A stretch of 64,000 nt of DNA from Chloroflexota bacterium (lineage in GTDB: Bacteria; Chloroflexota; Dehalococcoidia; UBA2979). Positions 11,472 through 21,634 of the stretch are shown piece by piece. The stretch spans positions 64,001 through 128,000 of the forward strand of contig JAQCIU010000002.1 of the NCBI GenBank assembly GCA_027593235.1, in the 5' to 3' direction. Both the position numbers and the translations under genes were made by a program. Under the pieces are notes generated by a model. That model made no database searches. It had not been told where the DNA came from and was given only the letters and a program-made list of their open reading frames with translations. The stretch's first letter is position 1. Each line of letters opens with the position of its first letter.

Positions 11472-12110
11472 CTAGCTGGCGCGGCGGGCGGGGATGAGCT
11501 GCGCCTGCTCCAGCCAGCCCGTGATCACCGCCAGCGACTCCTCCACGGACTGCGTGCCGCTGTCCACCCGGATCTCCGGTGACTCTGGCGCCTCGTACGG
11601 GTCGGAGATGCCGGTGAACTGCGCGATCTCGCCGCGCCGCGCTCGCGCGTAGAGGCCCTTCACGTCGCGCGCTTCCACATGCTCCAGCGCGCAATCGACG
11701 TGTACCTCGACGAAGCGGTTGGCCATTCCTCGTACCCGCTCGCGGGCCGCGCGGTAGGGAGAGATCGCCGCGACGATCGCGATCACACCATGTCGGGCGA
11801 GCAGTGTCGCGACATAACCAATACGCAACACGTTCGTGTCCCGGTCCTCGCGTGTGAAGCCCAGGCCCTTCGACAGGAACTCACGCACCTCGTCGCCGTC
11901 CAGCAGTTCAACGGGCGTGGAGCGTTCCCGCAGGTCGGCCGCGATCAGCTCGGACAGCGTCGATTTCCCGGCGCCGGAGAGACCGGTCAACCACAGCACG
12001 AATCCCGCGCCGGCGGTGCTCGGAACGGCGGGAGCGCCGCGAAGCCCATCACGCGCCATCGCCGGCTCGCTGGACTCGGACGGCGTCTGTCCCTCGGTCG
12101 TCACGGCCAT
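11472..12110 (-). CDS. cysC: Adenylyl-sulfate kinase
   Basis: WLTGLSGAGKST, LLDGDEVR, RDVKGLY, FTGISDPYEAP. Confidence 0.95.
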   Translation of the reverse strand: MAVTTEGQTPSESSEPAMARDGLRGAPAVPSTAGAGFVLWLTGLSGAGKSTLSELIAADLRERSTPVELLDGDEVREFLSKGLGFTREDRDTNVLRIGYVATLLARHGVIAIVAAISPYRAARERVRGMANRFVEVHVDCALEHVEARDVKGLYARARRGEIAQFTGISDPYEAPESPEIRVDSGTQSVEESLAVITGWLEQAQLIPARRAS

Positions 12111-12177
12111 CAGGGACGCACCCCTCGTCAACGGGCCTCACGTTGAGCGCGACGCTCTCGCCGGCGCTCCCGCTGCG

Positions 12178-13593
12178 CTAGCTAACGGTGCGATCGCGCG
12201 AGTTGCGTTCCGCCAGCGGTCGTGGCTCGTCCACGCGCCAGTTGCCCTCGAAGGCCACGCGGTCCTCCGGGTAGGCGTGAAGCTGGCGGATGCTCCGCCC
12301 CTTCACCTGGTTCAGGACCACGCCGTGAATCGGGCGGCGGGCCTGCGACAGCGCGTCCACCGCGGCGCCCAGCTCCTCCACCTGCGTCTTGTTCGGCCGC
12401 AGCACCAGCAGCGATCCCGTTGCCACCCCGGCCAGCACCGTGCCGTCCGTCACGGACAACAGCGGCGGGCTGTCCAGCAGCACCACCTCGAACCGGCGGC
12501 GCAGCTCGTCGATCACCTGTCGCATCCGCAGCGAACCCAGCAATTCCGAGGGGTTCGTCGCGATCGGACCGGCCGGGAGCAGCGAAACGTTCGGCTGATC
12601 GGTCCGCTGGACCACGCGGTCCAGGTCGGCCGTCGGGGAGTTCAATGCCGTCGTCAGCCCCACGTCGTTGTTCGCGCCAAAGATCTCGTGCTGTCGTGGG
12701 TTGCGGAGGTCGGCGTCAACCAGCACCACGCTGCGACCGGCCAGCCCGAACACCACCGCCAGGTTGGCGGCCACCGTCGTCTTGCCATCGCCGCCCGTCG
12801 GGCTGGCGATCAGGATCACGGACGCGTCTTGTTCAAAGTCGATCCGCGTCGACAGGTTCGTCCGGATTGCCCGGAATTCTTCCGCCACCGGCGAGGTCGG
12901 GCGCATCACCACCTGCAACTGCCCGGGCGCACCGCCCGTCGTGCTGAACCGCTGCAGTTGACCCACTGTCGGCAGGCCCGTCCGGTTGAACACATCGGAC
13001 GACAGCCGCACCCGGTGATCCAGGCTCTCAATCACCAGCACCACCGCGGTCGCGCCGACGAAGGCGACGAGTACGCCCAGCACGATGCTGACCGTGTTGG
13101 AGGGGGCGTGCTCATCGGCCGAGATCGCCTCTTCCACGATACTCACGGCACCAGCCGTCTCCGCGACCAGCACACCGTCCGAATCAACGAAGGTCTGCGC
13201 GGTTACGTTCGCGATCGAGACGGCTTCCTCCGCCGATCGCCCGGTTGCGGTGATGTCCAGGAAGAATGTCCCGGCGGGGCTTGAAACCTGCAGTCGGCTC
13301 TCAAGCTGGTTCGGCGTCAGCTCCCAGCCCCCGGTTTCGATCGCGCTCACCAGCACCGGCCGCAGCGTCACCATGTCCGCGAACGTTGCCGCCAGCAGGC
13401 GACTGATCGTCAGGTCGTTGACCCCGGTCACGCCGGGCGCCGCCTGCTGCAGTACCAGCATTCGCGTCGTCGCCTCGTAGGTCACCAGTCGGTCGGAGGT
13501 CAGGTAGCGTGCGTAACCGCCGCCAATCACCATCGCGATCACCATCACCCACCACCAGCGTCGAACGACCGCAAGCAGTTGTGTCAATTCCAC
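12178..13593 (-). CDS. Polysaccharide co-polymerase / BY tyrosine autokinase fusion (Wzc-like)
   Basis: Wzz-like N-terminus with two TM segments; EEFRAIRTNL, Walker A GGDGKTT, LVDADLR, LLDSPP. Confidence 0.9.
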   Translation of the reverse strand: MELTQLLAVVRRWWWVMVIAMVIGGGYARYLTSDRLVTYEATTRMLVLQQAAPGVTGVNDLTISRLLAATFADMVTLRPVLVSAIETGGWELTPNQLESRLQVSSPAGTFFLDITATGRSAEEAVSIANVTAQTFVDSDGVLVAETAGAVSIVEEAISADEHAPSNTVSIVLGVLVAFVGATAVVLVIESLDHRVRLSSDVFNRTGLPTVGQLQRFSTTGGAPGQLQVVMRPTSPVAEEFRAIRTNLSTRIDFEQDASVILIASPTGGDGKTTVAANLAVVFGLAGRSVVLVDADLRNPRQHEIFGANNDVGLTTALNSPTADLDRVVQRTDQPNVSLLPAGPIATNPSELLGSLRMRQVIDELRRRFEVVLLDSPPLLSVTDGTVLAGVATGSLLVLRPNKTQVEELGAAVDALSQARRPIHGVVLNQVKGRSIRQLHAYPEDRVAFEGNWRVDEPRPLAERNSRDRTVS

Positions 13594-13740
13594 CTGGAGA
13601 CCTCCCGGTCACCCGAACGCGCATCGCGCTCAAGCAGGCCCCGCCCCCGCTCTCTGCTCGTCGCAGCGCGCGGTCACGGCCAATAGTTCATCGTGGTCTC
13701 AGTGTGCCATGGGTGCGCCAACACATGCGCCCCCATCTAG

Positions 13741-14724
13741 GGCAAGTGGTTCTTCGACTACGGTGCGAACCGCGTCTACATCGGCGGCAACCCCTCGGGT
13801 CGGCTGGTCGAGTTGAGCACGACGCTGACGGCGTTCAGCGGCTCGGCGAGCGACGTGACGATCACGGGTCTGACGATCGAGAAGTACGCCAACCGCGCCC
13901 AGACGGGAGCGATTGAGGCCGGATCCGGAAACCGCTGGATCATCAGCGGCAACGAGACGCGCCTCAACCATGGGTACGGGATCCGCGTGGGTAACCGCGC
14001 ACAGGCGTTGAACAACTTCGTGCACCACAACGGCCAGCTCGGCATGGGTGGTGTTGGCGACGACATCCTGATCGAAGGGAATGAGATTTCGTACAACCAC
14101 ACCGGCGGGTTCCTGTTGGACTGGGAAGCCGGTGGGACGAAGTTCGCGAAGACCAACCGGCTGGTGGTGCGGAACAACTGGGTGCACCACAACGAGGGCC
14201 GCGGTCTCTGGACGGACATCGACAACATCAACGTGCTGATGGTCGGCAACCTGGTGGAGTACAACGCCAAGGGCGGCATCGTGCACGAGATTGGCTACAA
14301 GGCGGAGTTCCGCGACAACGTGTCCCGCTACAACGGGCACGGGTTCGGGGAGTGGGAGTGGGGTGCCCAGATCGTCATCCAGAACAGCTCCGACGTGCTG
14401 GTGACCGGGAATGACGTGACGGTGTCCGCAACGACCACCGGAAACGGGATCACCGTCATCAACCAGGAGCGTGGTTCAGGCCCCTATGGCCCCTACGTCT
14501 CGGAACGGGTGACGGTAACCGGCAATACGATCCGGCACCTGGGGGTCCGTGGTGTGAATGGTGCGAACCAGGGGTGTTCACGAGACATCACGTTCGACTA
14601 CAACACCTACATCGCCCCGGCCGGCTGGTTCCAATATGCGATGTTCCACTGGTGTTCCGCGGAGAACTGGGCAGGGTTCCAGTCGAGGGGCCAGGAGGCC
14701 CATGGGACGAAGATCGTGAGCTAG
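13741..14724 (+). pseudogene. Right-handed beta-helix (pectate lyase-like) protein, apparently 5'-truncated
   Basis: N-rich repeats (NNFVHHNG, GNEISYN, NNWVHHN); the reading frame extends back to an in-frame TAG at 13738-13740 with protein-like GKWFFDYGANRVYIG; no signal peptide or RBS. Confidence 0.65.
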
Positions 14725-14765
14725 GCGATTCGTCTCGCCGCACGGCGAACGACGTATTGAACTGG

Positions 14766-14797
14766 GAGGGGACCGCCCGTCGGGCGGTCCCCTCTTT
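14766..14797 (+). terminator. Rho-independent terminator
   Basis: Perfect 13-bp stem GAGGGGACCGCCC-gtc-GGGCGGTCCCCTC followed by TTT. Confidence 0.8.
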
Positions 14798-14957
14798 GTC
14801 GTCCGGCGTTCATCGCGTGGCCCGACCGAATGCAGCGCACCTGGACGCGTGTAGATCGACCGGTGATCGACGGCTGCCGTCACTGCGTTGTTATGGAGTG
14901 AGTAGGGCCGGTATCCTGTTGCTCCGAGCTCGGCGGCGGGTAGAGGTGTGTGGGGTC

Positions 14958-15290
14958 ATGAAGCGTCAGTACGAATCACAGCAACACTGCCCGATCGCCC
15001 GGTCGCTGGATCTGATCGGCGACCGGTGGACGATCCTGGTGCTGCGCGACCTGCACCGAGGGCGGACACGCTTCGCGGATCTGCTGCGGTCGCTGGATGG
15101 CGTCTCGCCGAACCTGCTGTCCGCACGGCTGAAGACGCTGGAGCGCGAGGGCCTGGTGGAGCGTCGTCTCTACTGCCAGCACCCGCCGCGCGCCGAGTAC
15201 GTGCTGACCGAGCGCGGCGAAGCGTTCGGGCCGGTGCTGCGGGCAATGCTCGACTGGGGTCGCGAGATTCCGCAACCGGCGCTGACCTAG
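14958..15290 (+). CDS. HxlR-family winged-helix regulator
   Basis: CPIARSLDLIGDRWTILVLR, LSARLKTLE, EYVLTERG. Confidence 0.93.
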   Translation: MKRQYESQQHCPIARSLDLIGDRWTILVLRDLHRGRTRFADLLRSLDGVSPNLLSARLKTLEREGLVERRLYCQHPPRAEYVLTERGEAFGPVLRAMLDWGREIPQPALT

Positions 15291-15467
15291 CACCCACTCG
15301 GTACGCGGCTCGGCGAGCCGCTCTTCACTCAACCGTCCGATTCGTCCGTCCTCGATGTGATCGCACGTGCTGTCGGGGCCTCCTGGAGCCGGTCCGGGCG
15401 CCGGGAGGCGGTGGTCTATCCTCGATCGTCGAGGGGCCGCGAGGCGATGGCGCGACGGGAGTACCGG

Positions 15468-16439
15468 ATGGCGGCGACACGAGCGCGCGAAACGCCCTCG
15501 GGTGACGCCGTCTCGTCCGAGGTTCCGGCGATCGAGTTCCGAGCCCTGACAAAACATTACGGATCGCGAGTGGCGCTGCGGGGGATCGATCTTCGCGTCG
15601 GGCGCGGTCAACTCTTCGGGTTCCTGGGTCCGAACGGCGCCGGGAAGACGACGGCGATCCGGACGCTCCTTGATCTGATTCGCCCGAGCGCCGGGCAGGC
15701 GCTAGCACTGGGCCTTGATTCGCGCGCCGACAGCCTGGAGGTGCGACGCCGGATCGGCTACCTGCCTGCGGACGCGGAGTTCTACCACGACATGACGGGC
15801 GCGGAGCTGTTCCGCTACGTGGAGCGGATCCGCAAGGGCGTCGATCACCGCTACCTCGCACGACTGATCGACAGCCTGGAACTGGACGCGGCGCGGCCGA
15901 TTGGCGCCCTGTCGCGTGGGAATCGCCAGAAGGTGGGGGTGGTGCAGGCGCTGATGACGCGCCCCGAGCTGGTGATGATGGACGAGCCGACGGCGAGCCT
16001 TGATCCGCTGATGCAGGACGTGGTGGCGGAGCTGCTTCGCGAGGTGGTGGCCGAGGGGCGAACGGTGTTCTTCTCCTCGCACGTGCTTGCGGAGGTGGAG
16101 CGGCTGTGCAGCCGCGCGGCGGTGCTCCGCGAGGGCGAGATTGTGCGGGTCGTGGATCTGGCGGAGGAGCGGCGACTGGCGCCGCGCCGCGTTCGCGTGC
16201 GGTTCGCGTCGGCGGTGCCCGCGGATGCATTCGTGGGACTGGACGGTGTGCGCGTGCTGCGCGTTGCCGACGGTGAGGCAGAGTTCGAGACACGCGAGAG
16301 CATCGATCCACTGCTGAAGGCGCTGGCGCAACACACCGTCGTGGAGCTGGAGTCGAGCGAGCCGACGCTGGAGGATCTGTTCCGGTCGTACTACGTGGAT
16401 CCGACGCCCGAGGAGCAGGCAGTGGGTGGTGCGGGATGA
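15468..16439 (+). CDS. ABC transporter ATP-binding protein (ABC-2 exporter)
   Basis: GPNGAGKTT, LSRGNRQK, MMDEPT, SSH; start 15447 or 15468. Confidence 0.92.
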   Translation: MAATRARETPSGDAVSSEVPAIEFRALTKHYGSRVALRGIDLRVGRGQLFGFLGPNGAGKTTAIRTLLDLIRPSAGQALALGLDSRADSLEVRRRIGYLPADAEFYHDMTGAELFRYVERIRKGVDHRYLARLIDSLELDAARPIGALSRGNRQKVGVVQALMTRPELVMMDEPTASLDPLMQDVVAELLREVVAEGRTVFFSSHVLAEVERLCSRAAVLREGEIVRVVDLAEERRLAPRRVRVRFASAVPADAFVGLDGVRVLRVADGEAEFETRESIDPLLKALAQHTVVELESSEPTLEDLFRSYYVDPTPEEQAVGGAG

Positions 16440-17269
16440 GCAGGTTGCCGATCGCCACGCGGACACTGCGTGAGCTGCGCTGGCAGATCCTGGGCTACGG
16501 GCTGGGCCTGGGGTTCTGGGCGTTCCTGGTGGCGATCATCTATCCCTCGGTCAGCGAGGAGTTCGCGGGGATCGAGTTCCCGGACTTCTACGCGGCGATC
16601 TTTGGTGAGCAGATGCGCGACTTTTCGCGGCCCTCGACGTTCTTCACGCTGGAGTACCTGACGTGGGTGCCAATCGTGCTGGGGGTCTACGCGGTGGTCG
16701 GCGCGACGGGCCTGCTGGCCGGGGAGGAGAGTCGGGGGACGGTGGACTTTCTGCTGTCGCTCCCGGTATCGCGACGGCGCGTCTTCGCGGAGAAGGTGGC
16801 GGCGTGGCTCGCGGGTGCGGTGCTGGCAGTGCTACTGACGACGGTGGGTTTCGTGTTGGCGCTGCCGCTCGTCGACCTCGGCGGAGAGCACGGGATCAGC
16901 GTGCTGGACTTCCTGGGGGCGTCGTTCGTGACGCTGCCGCTGATCAGCTTCTACGCGGCGCTGGCCCTCGCGGTGAGCGCGGTGGCGCCATCGCGCGGGA
17001 CGGCCTCGGGGGTGCTGACGGTCGCGCTGATCGCGGGCTACGTCTTTTCGTCATTCCCGCAGCTTGCGGAGGCGACGCAGTGGCTCCGCTACGTGAGTCC
17101 CTTCTACTACGGCGGGGTGTCCGACGCGTTGAGCGGCGGGGTTCACTGGGGGCACCAGGCGCTGCTGATCGTAGCTGCGCTGATCCTCGGAGGGTTCGCG
17201 CTCGTGGCGTTCGAGCGCCGGGAGATCGGCGTCGGTGGTTGGCAGCGGCCGTGGCAGGCGCGCCGCTAG
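16436..17269 (+). CDS. ABC-2 transporter permease
   Basis: 6 TM segments, GEESRGTVDFLLSLPVSR, SPFYY; ATGA overlap with the ATPase gene. Confidence 0.9.
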   Translation: MSRLPIATRTLRELRWQILGYGLGLGFWAFLVAIIYPSVSEEFAGIEFPDFYAAIFGEQMRDFSRPSTFFTLEYLTWVPIVLGVYAVVGATGLLAGEESRGTVDFLLSLPVSRRRVFAEKVAAWLAGAVLAVLLTTVGFVLALPLVDLGGEHGISVLDFLGASFVTLPLISFYAALALAVSAVAPSRGTASGVLTVALIAGYVFSSFPQLAEATQWLRYVSPFYYGGVSDALSGGVHWGHQALLIVAALILGGFALVAFERREIGVGGWQRPWQARR

Positions 17270-17339
17270 CGAGCAGCGTGAGCAATCATCCCGGCACTAC
17301 CATGCGGCGGCCAAGCAGCGCCGACCGACGGGACCCGCG

Positions 17340-18500
17340 ATGACCACGACGATCACGAAGCTGACGCATTTCCTCGCGCATCCCGGACGTGGGAAGAACC
17401 TGCTGTTCGTGCGGCTCGAGACGTCCGATGGACGCCACGGCTGGGGCGAGTGCTATACGCAGGCCGATCGCGACACACAGGTGGTGGCACACCTCGATCA
17501 GCTCGAACGGTACGTGGTGGGCTGGGACGCGAGCCAGATCAAGCAGTTCACGGATGCCGCGTACAACGACTTCTCGGCGCGCCGCGGGGCGATGGACTAC
17601 TACTCGGCGATCTCCGGCATCGAGCAGGCGATGTGGGACCTCACTGGGAAGCGCGCCGGGATGCCGGTGCACGAACTCCTCGGTGGGCGGTGTCGGGATC
17701 GGGTGCGGGTCTACGCGAACGGCTGGGCACGGTCGTCGAGCCACGAGGAGCTGGCGGCGAGCGCGCGGGAGACGGTGGCGCGCGGCTTCAGCGCGCTGAA
17801 GTTCGATCCGGTGCCGGGGCCGTGGCGCACGCTGATCTCCCGCGAGCAGGAGGCCGAGGCCGTCGAGCGCGTCCGGTTGGTGCGGGAAGCCGTCGGGCCG
17901 GACGTCGAGATCCTCGTGGAGATGCACCGGCGGCTGGCGCCGATGCAGGCGGTGCGGATTGCGAAGGCGATCGAGGAGTTCCGACCGTTCTGGTTCGAGG
18001 AGCCGGTGCTGGCGGAGAACCTGACGGCGCTGGCGGAGGTGCGGCGCGCGATCTCGATCCCGGTGGTGACCGGCGAAGAGCTGTACACGAAGTGGGAGTT
18101 CCGCGAGGTGTTCGAACAACGGGCGGCGGACATCCTCAATCCCGATGTGTGCAACGTGGGCGGGATCCTGGAACTGAAAGAGATCGCGGCGATGGCGGAG
18201 CCGCACCTGGTCGCGATGTCGCCGCACAACTACAACAGCACGACCGTCGGATTGGCGGCGACGGTGCAGGCCTCGGCGACGATGCCGAACTTCCTGATCA
18301 CGGAGTACTTCGTGAACCTGGAGGAGTTCGGTCGCGCGGTTGCGGTAGAGCCCCTGCTGCAAGAGGACGGCTACGTGACGGTGCCGACAGCGCCGGGGCT
18401 GGGGATCGACCTCGATCCCGACGCACTCGCGCGGTTCCCGTACCAGCAGTTCCCACCTCGAACGATCGCACGCCTCGAGGGGTCTTCGACCCGCTCCTGA
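17340..18500 (+). CDS. Mandelate racemase / galactonate dehydratase-like enolase superfamily enzyme
   Basis: AISGIEQAMWDL, LLGG, KFD, FEEP, TGEE, PHN, PGLG. Confidence 0.9.
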   Translation: MTTTITKLTHFLAHPGRGKNLLFVRLETSDGRHGWGECYTQADRDTQVVAHLDQLERYVVGWDASQIKQFTDAAYNDFSARRGAMDYYSAISGIEQAMWDLTGKRAGMPVHELLGGRCRDRVRVYANGWARSSSHEELAASARETVARGFSALKFDPVPGPWRTLISREQEAEAVERVRLVREAVGPDVEILVEMHRRLAPMQAVRIAKAIEEFRPFWFEEPVLAENLTALAEVRRAISIPVVTGEELYTKWEFREVFEQRAADILNPDVCNVGGILELKEIAAMAEPHLVAMSPHNYNSTTVGLAATVQASATMPNFLITEYFVNLEEFGRAVAVEPLLQEDGYVTVPTAPGLGIDLDPDALARFPYQQFPPRTIARLEGSSTRS

Positions 18501-18511
18501 CGCTTCGCGCC
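18479..18511 (+). repeat. Double CTTCG-hairpin element, copy 1
   Basis: GGGGTCTTCGACCC-gctcc-TGACGCTTCGCGCC spanning the enolase-family stop codon. Confidence 0.6.
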
Positions 18512-18656
18512 GTCCTCGGGAGTGGCGGGTGCTGGAGAGCGCGAGTGTGGCTGCGGGAAGGAGCTAGTCGCAGAGGGGGCGTCGGCACTCGGGACGGCTC
18601 CTCGCCCCGCTACTTCGATAGGCTCCGGTGCAGTGGCGGACGCGAGGGGGTGCGGG

Positions 18657-20597
18657 ATGACCGAGGTGCTGGCGTACGGGGAGTGGCCTTCGCCGCTGGG
18701 CGCGGAGCAGGTGGCGAGCGCCGGGGTGCGGCTGCTGGCGCTGACGGCGCGGGACGGCGATCTGTACTGGGTCGAGGGGCGTCCCGCGGAGGGTGGGCGG
18801 CAGGCGATTGTGCGCCGCTCCGCCGACGGGACGGTCATCGAGGTGACGCCGTCCGACTTCAACGCGCGGACGCGTGTGCACGAGTACGGGGGCGGGGAGC
18901 ACTGGGTGGCCGGCGGCGCGGTGTTCGCCACAGGGTTCAACGATCAGCGGCTGTATCGGATCGACGAGCCAGGAGTTGCGCGGGCGATTACCCCGGAGCC
19001 GGCGATCGCCTCGGGAGAGCGGTACGCGGACGGGGAACTGTCGGCGGACGGACGGTGGATCTACTGCGTGCGGGAGCGGCACGCCGAGGGCGCGGAGGCG
19101 ACGAACGAGATCGTGGTGCTGGCAGCGGATGGCTTCGATGAGCCGCGGGTGGTCGCGAGCGGGTGGGACTTTGTGTCGTCGCCGCGGGTGTCGCCGGATG
19201 GGACGAGGCTGGCGTGGCTGAGCTGGGATCACCCTCGGATGCCGTGGGACGGCACGGAGTTGCGGGTGGCGCCGATCCTCGAGGGCGGCGCGCTGGGCGC
19301 GGCGGAGCTGGTCTGCGGCGGTGCCGAGGAAAGCGTGGTGCAGCCGCGCTGGAGCCCGGACGGGACGCTGCATTTCATCAGTGATCGATCGGGCTGGTGG
19401 AACCTCTACCGACGCGAATCGGACGGGAGTGAGACCGCGCTGGCGCCGATGGAGGCGGAATTCGCCGGGCCGGACTGGGTGTTCGGGCTGTCGGATTACG
19501 GGTTCCTCGATGACGGGACGCTGGTCTGCAAGTACGGATCCGACGAGGGGGCACGGCTGGCCGCGCTGCGGCCCGGCGGGAGCGGCCTGGAGCCGATCGC
19601 CTGCCCGTGGACCTCGATCTCCAGCCTGCAGGTGGACGGCGATCGGGTGGCGTTCCTCGGCGCTTCAGCCACGGAGGCGGCGGCGGTGATCGCGGGGCCG
19701 GCAGACGGATCGGACTGGCAGGTGCTGGCGCGAAGCCGGACGGACGAACTGGACGCCAGCTACGTGTCGGTGGCGGAGCAGATCACGTTCCCAACGACGA
19801 ACGAGACGGTCGCGCATGCGCTGTTCTACGCGCCTCGGCACGCCGAGGTGAGCGGGCCGGAGGCGGAGCGGCCGCCGCTGGTGGTGATGAGCCACGGCGG
19901 TCCGACGAGCGCGACGTCCGGCGCCTACAACGCAGCGATCCAGTTCTGGACGACGCGCGGGATCGCGGTGGTGGACGTGAACTACCGAGGATCCTCGGGT
20001 TACGGGCGCCAGTACCGGCGTGGGCTGAACGGGACCTGGGGGATCATCGATACGGACGACTGCATCGCGGCGGCAAGCTACCTCGCCAGTCGCGGGGACG
20101 CGGACGGGGAGCGGCTGGCGATCCGCGGCGGGAGCGCGGGCGGGTACACAACGCTCTGTGCGCTGGCGTTCCACGACGTGTTCCAAGCGGGCGCGAGTTA
20201 CTTCGGGGTCGCGGACGCGGAGACGCTGGCGACGGACACGCACAAGTTCGAATCGCGCTACCTCGATGGGTTGATCGGGCCGTACCCGGAAGCGGCGGCG
20301 ACATACCACGAACGATCGCCGATCCACTTCGCGGATCGGATCAAGGCGGCGGTGATCCTCTTCCAGGGCCTGGAGGACGAGGTGGTGCCGCCCGCGCAGG
20401 CGGAACAGATGGTGGCGGCCCTCGATGCGAGTGGGCTACCGCATTCGTACCTGGCGTTCGAGGGCGAGCAGCACGGGTTTCGTCAGGCGAAGAACATCGT
20501 GGCGACACTGGAGGCGGAGCTGTCGTTCTACGGGCAGGTGATGGGGTTCGAGCCGGTAGGGGTGGAAGCGGTGTCGATCAAGAACCTCGATCGCTAG
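18657..20597 (+). CDS. S9 prolyl oligopeptidase family peptidase
   Basis: HGGP, VNYRGSSGYG, GGSAGG nucleophile, QGLEDEVV, EQHGF. Confidence 0.93.
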   Translation: MTEVLAYGEWPSPLGAEQVASAGVRLLALTARDGDLYWVEGRPAEGGRQAIVRRSADGTVIEVTPSDFNARTRVHEYGGGEHWVAGGAVFATGFNDQRLYRIDEPGVARAITPEPAIASGERYADGELSADGRWIYCVRERHAEGAEATNEIVVLAADGFDEPRVVASGWDFVSSPRVSPDGTRLAWLSWDHPRMPWDGTELRVAPILEGGALGAAELVCGGAEESVVQPRWSPDGTLHFISDRSGWWNLYRRESDGSETALAPMEAEFAGPDWVFGLSDYGFLDDGTLVCKYGSDEGARLAALRPGGSGLEPIACPWTSISSLQVDGDRVAFLGASATEAAAVIAGPADGSDWQVLARSRTDELDASYVSVAEQITFPTTNETVAHALFYAPRHAEVSGPEAERPPLVVMSHGGPTSATSGAYNAAIQFWTTRGIAVVDVNYRGSSGYGRQYRRGLNGTWGIIDTDDCIAAASYLASRGDADGERLAIRGGSAGGYTTLCALAFHDVFQAGASYFGVADAETLATDTHKFESRYLDGLIGPYPEAAATYHERSPIHFADRIKAAVILFQGLEDEVVPPAQAEQMVAALDASGLPHSYLAFEGEQHGFRQAKNIVATLEAELSFYGQVMGFEPVGVEAVSIKNLDR

Positions 20598-20737
20598 TTG
20601 GGCCTCGGCGAGAGCCAGGATTGCGTGCGTGTTACATAACGATGTGGATTCTTACAGAATCGCTATCGCCGCTGGACAAACGGTGTAGGATCTTGAACTG
20701 TACTTAGCTTCACCGTAACTCCAGGGCAGGGGGAGAG

Positions 20738-21634
20738 GTGTTCGAACTCTTCACCGCTCCGGCCGCGCTGCGCGCGGTCACCCCGCTGCTGATCATCCTC
20801 GTGGTGGCAGGCACGACGTGGGCCGTTGGACAGAAGCGCCGCGTGCGCTTCTTGCGTGAGGCTGCGCTGATCATCGGTGCGTACTTTGCCTACTTCGGTG
20901 TGCGCGCGATCAGCGAGGGCAGCTCCTCGATCGCGCTGCACAACGCGCGGTTTCTGATCGCGCTGGAGAAGCGGGCCGGGCTGTTCATCGAGCCGAGCGT
21001 TCAGGGCGTGCTGTTGAGCAGCCAGGCATTCATCGACATCGTGAACTGGATCTACGTCTGGGGTCACTGGCCGGTGATTGGCGCGGTGGCGATCTGGCTG
21101 TTCGCGCGGAAGCCGAACGCCTACCGGACCTACCGAAACGCGCTGCTGATCTCCGGTGGCATTGGGTTGATCTTCTACGTCAGCTTCCCGGCGGCGCCTC
21201 CGCGGTTCACGAACCTTGGGCTCGTCGATACGGTGTTTAGCCAGTCCACTATGGCGCAATTGATGCAGCCAACCAGTTTCACGAATCAGTATGCGGCGTT
21301 CCCCAGCCTCCACTTTGGCTGGAGTTTGCTGATGGCAACGGCGATCTTCCGCGAGGCGAAACGGCAACCGGTACGGGTCGTGGCGTGGCTGCTGCCGCTG
21401 GGAATGCTCGTGTCGATCGTGGCAACCGCGAATCACTTCGTGGTCGACGCGCTGGCCGGCGGGATCGTGGCGTTGGTCGGGCTGCGCGCGGCGCTGATGC
21501 TTGAGCGCCCAGGCGCCTTCTCCTGGCTGCACTGGCCGGTGCCGGCTGCCTCGATGCCGGTGGCGCTGCAGACGGAGCAGAACCACGCAGTGGCGGCGGT
21601 CGACGAGGTCGGCGCGCTCGACATCCCCGCCTAG
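20738..21634 (+). CDS. PAP2 superfamily membrane protein (Aur1/Ipt1-like)
   Basis: FPAAPPR, AAFPSLH and TANHF..D motifs; several TM segments. Confidence 0.85.
   Translation: MFELFTAPAALRAVTPLLIILVVAGTTWAVGQKRRVRFLREAALIIGAYFAYFGVRAISEGSSSIALHNARFLIALEKRAGLFIEPSVQGVLLSSQAFIDIVNWIYVWGHWPVIGAVAIWLFARKPNAYRTYRNALLISGGIGLIFYVSFPAAPPRFTNLGLVDTVFSQSTMAQLMQPTSFTNQYAAFPSLHFGWSLLMATAIFREAKRQPVRVVAWLLPLGMLVSIVATANHFVVDALAGGIVALVGLRAALMLERPGAFSWLHWPVPAASMPVALQTEQNHAVAAVDEVGALDIPA

Noticed and set aside
18479-18511. Double hairpins as a guanidine-II (mini-ykkC) riboswitch
   Set aside because: The loops are TTC(G), not ACGR, and the elements follow stop codons of unrelated genes
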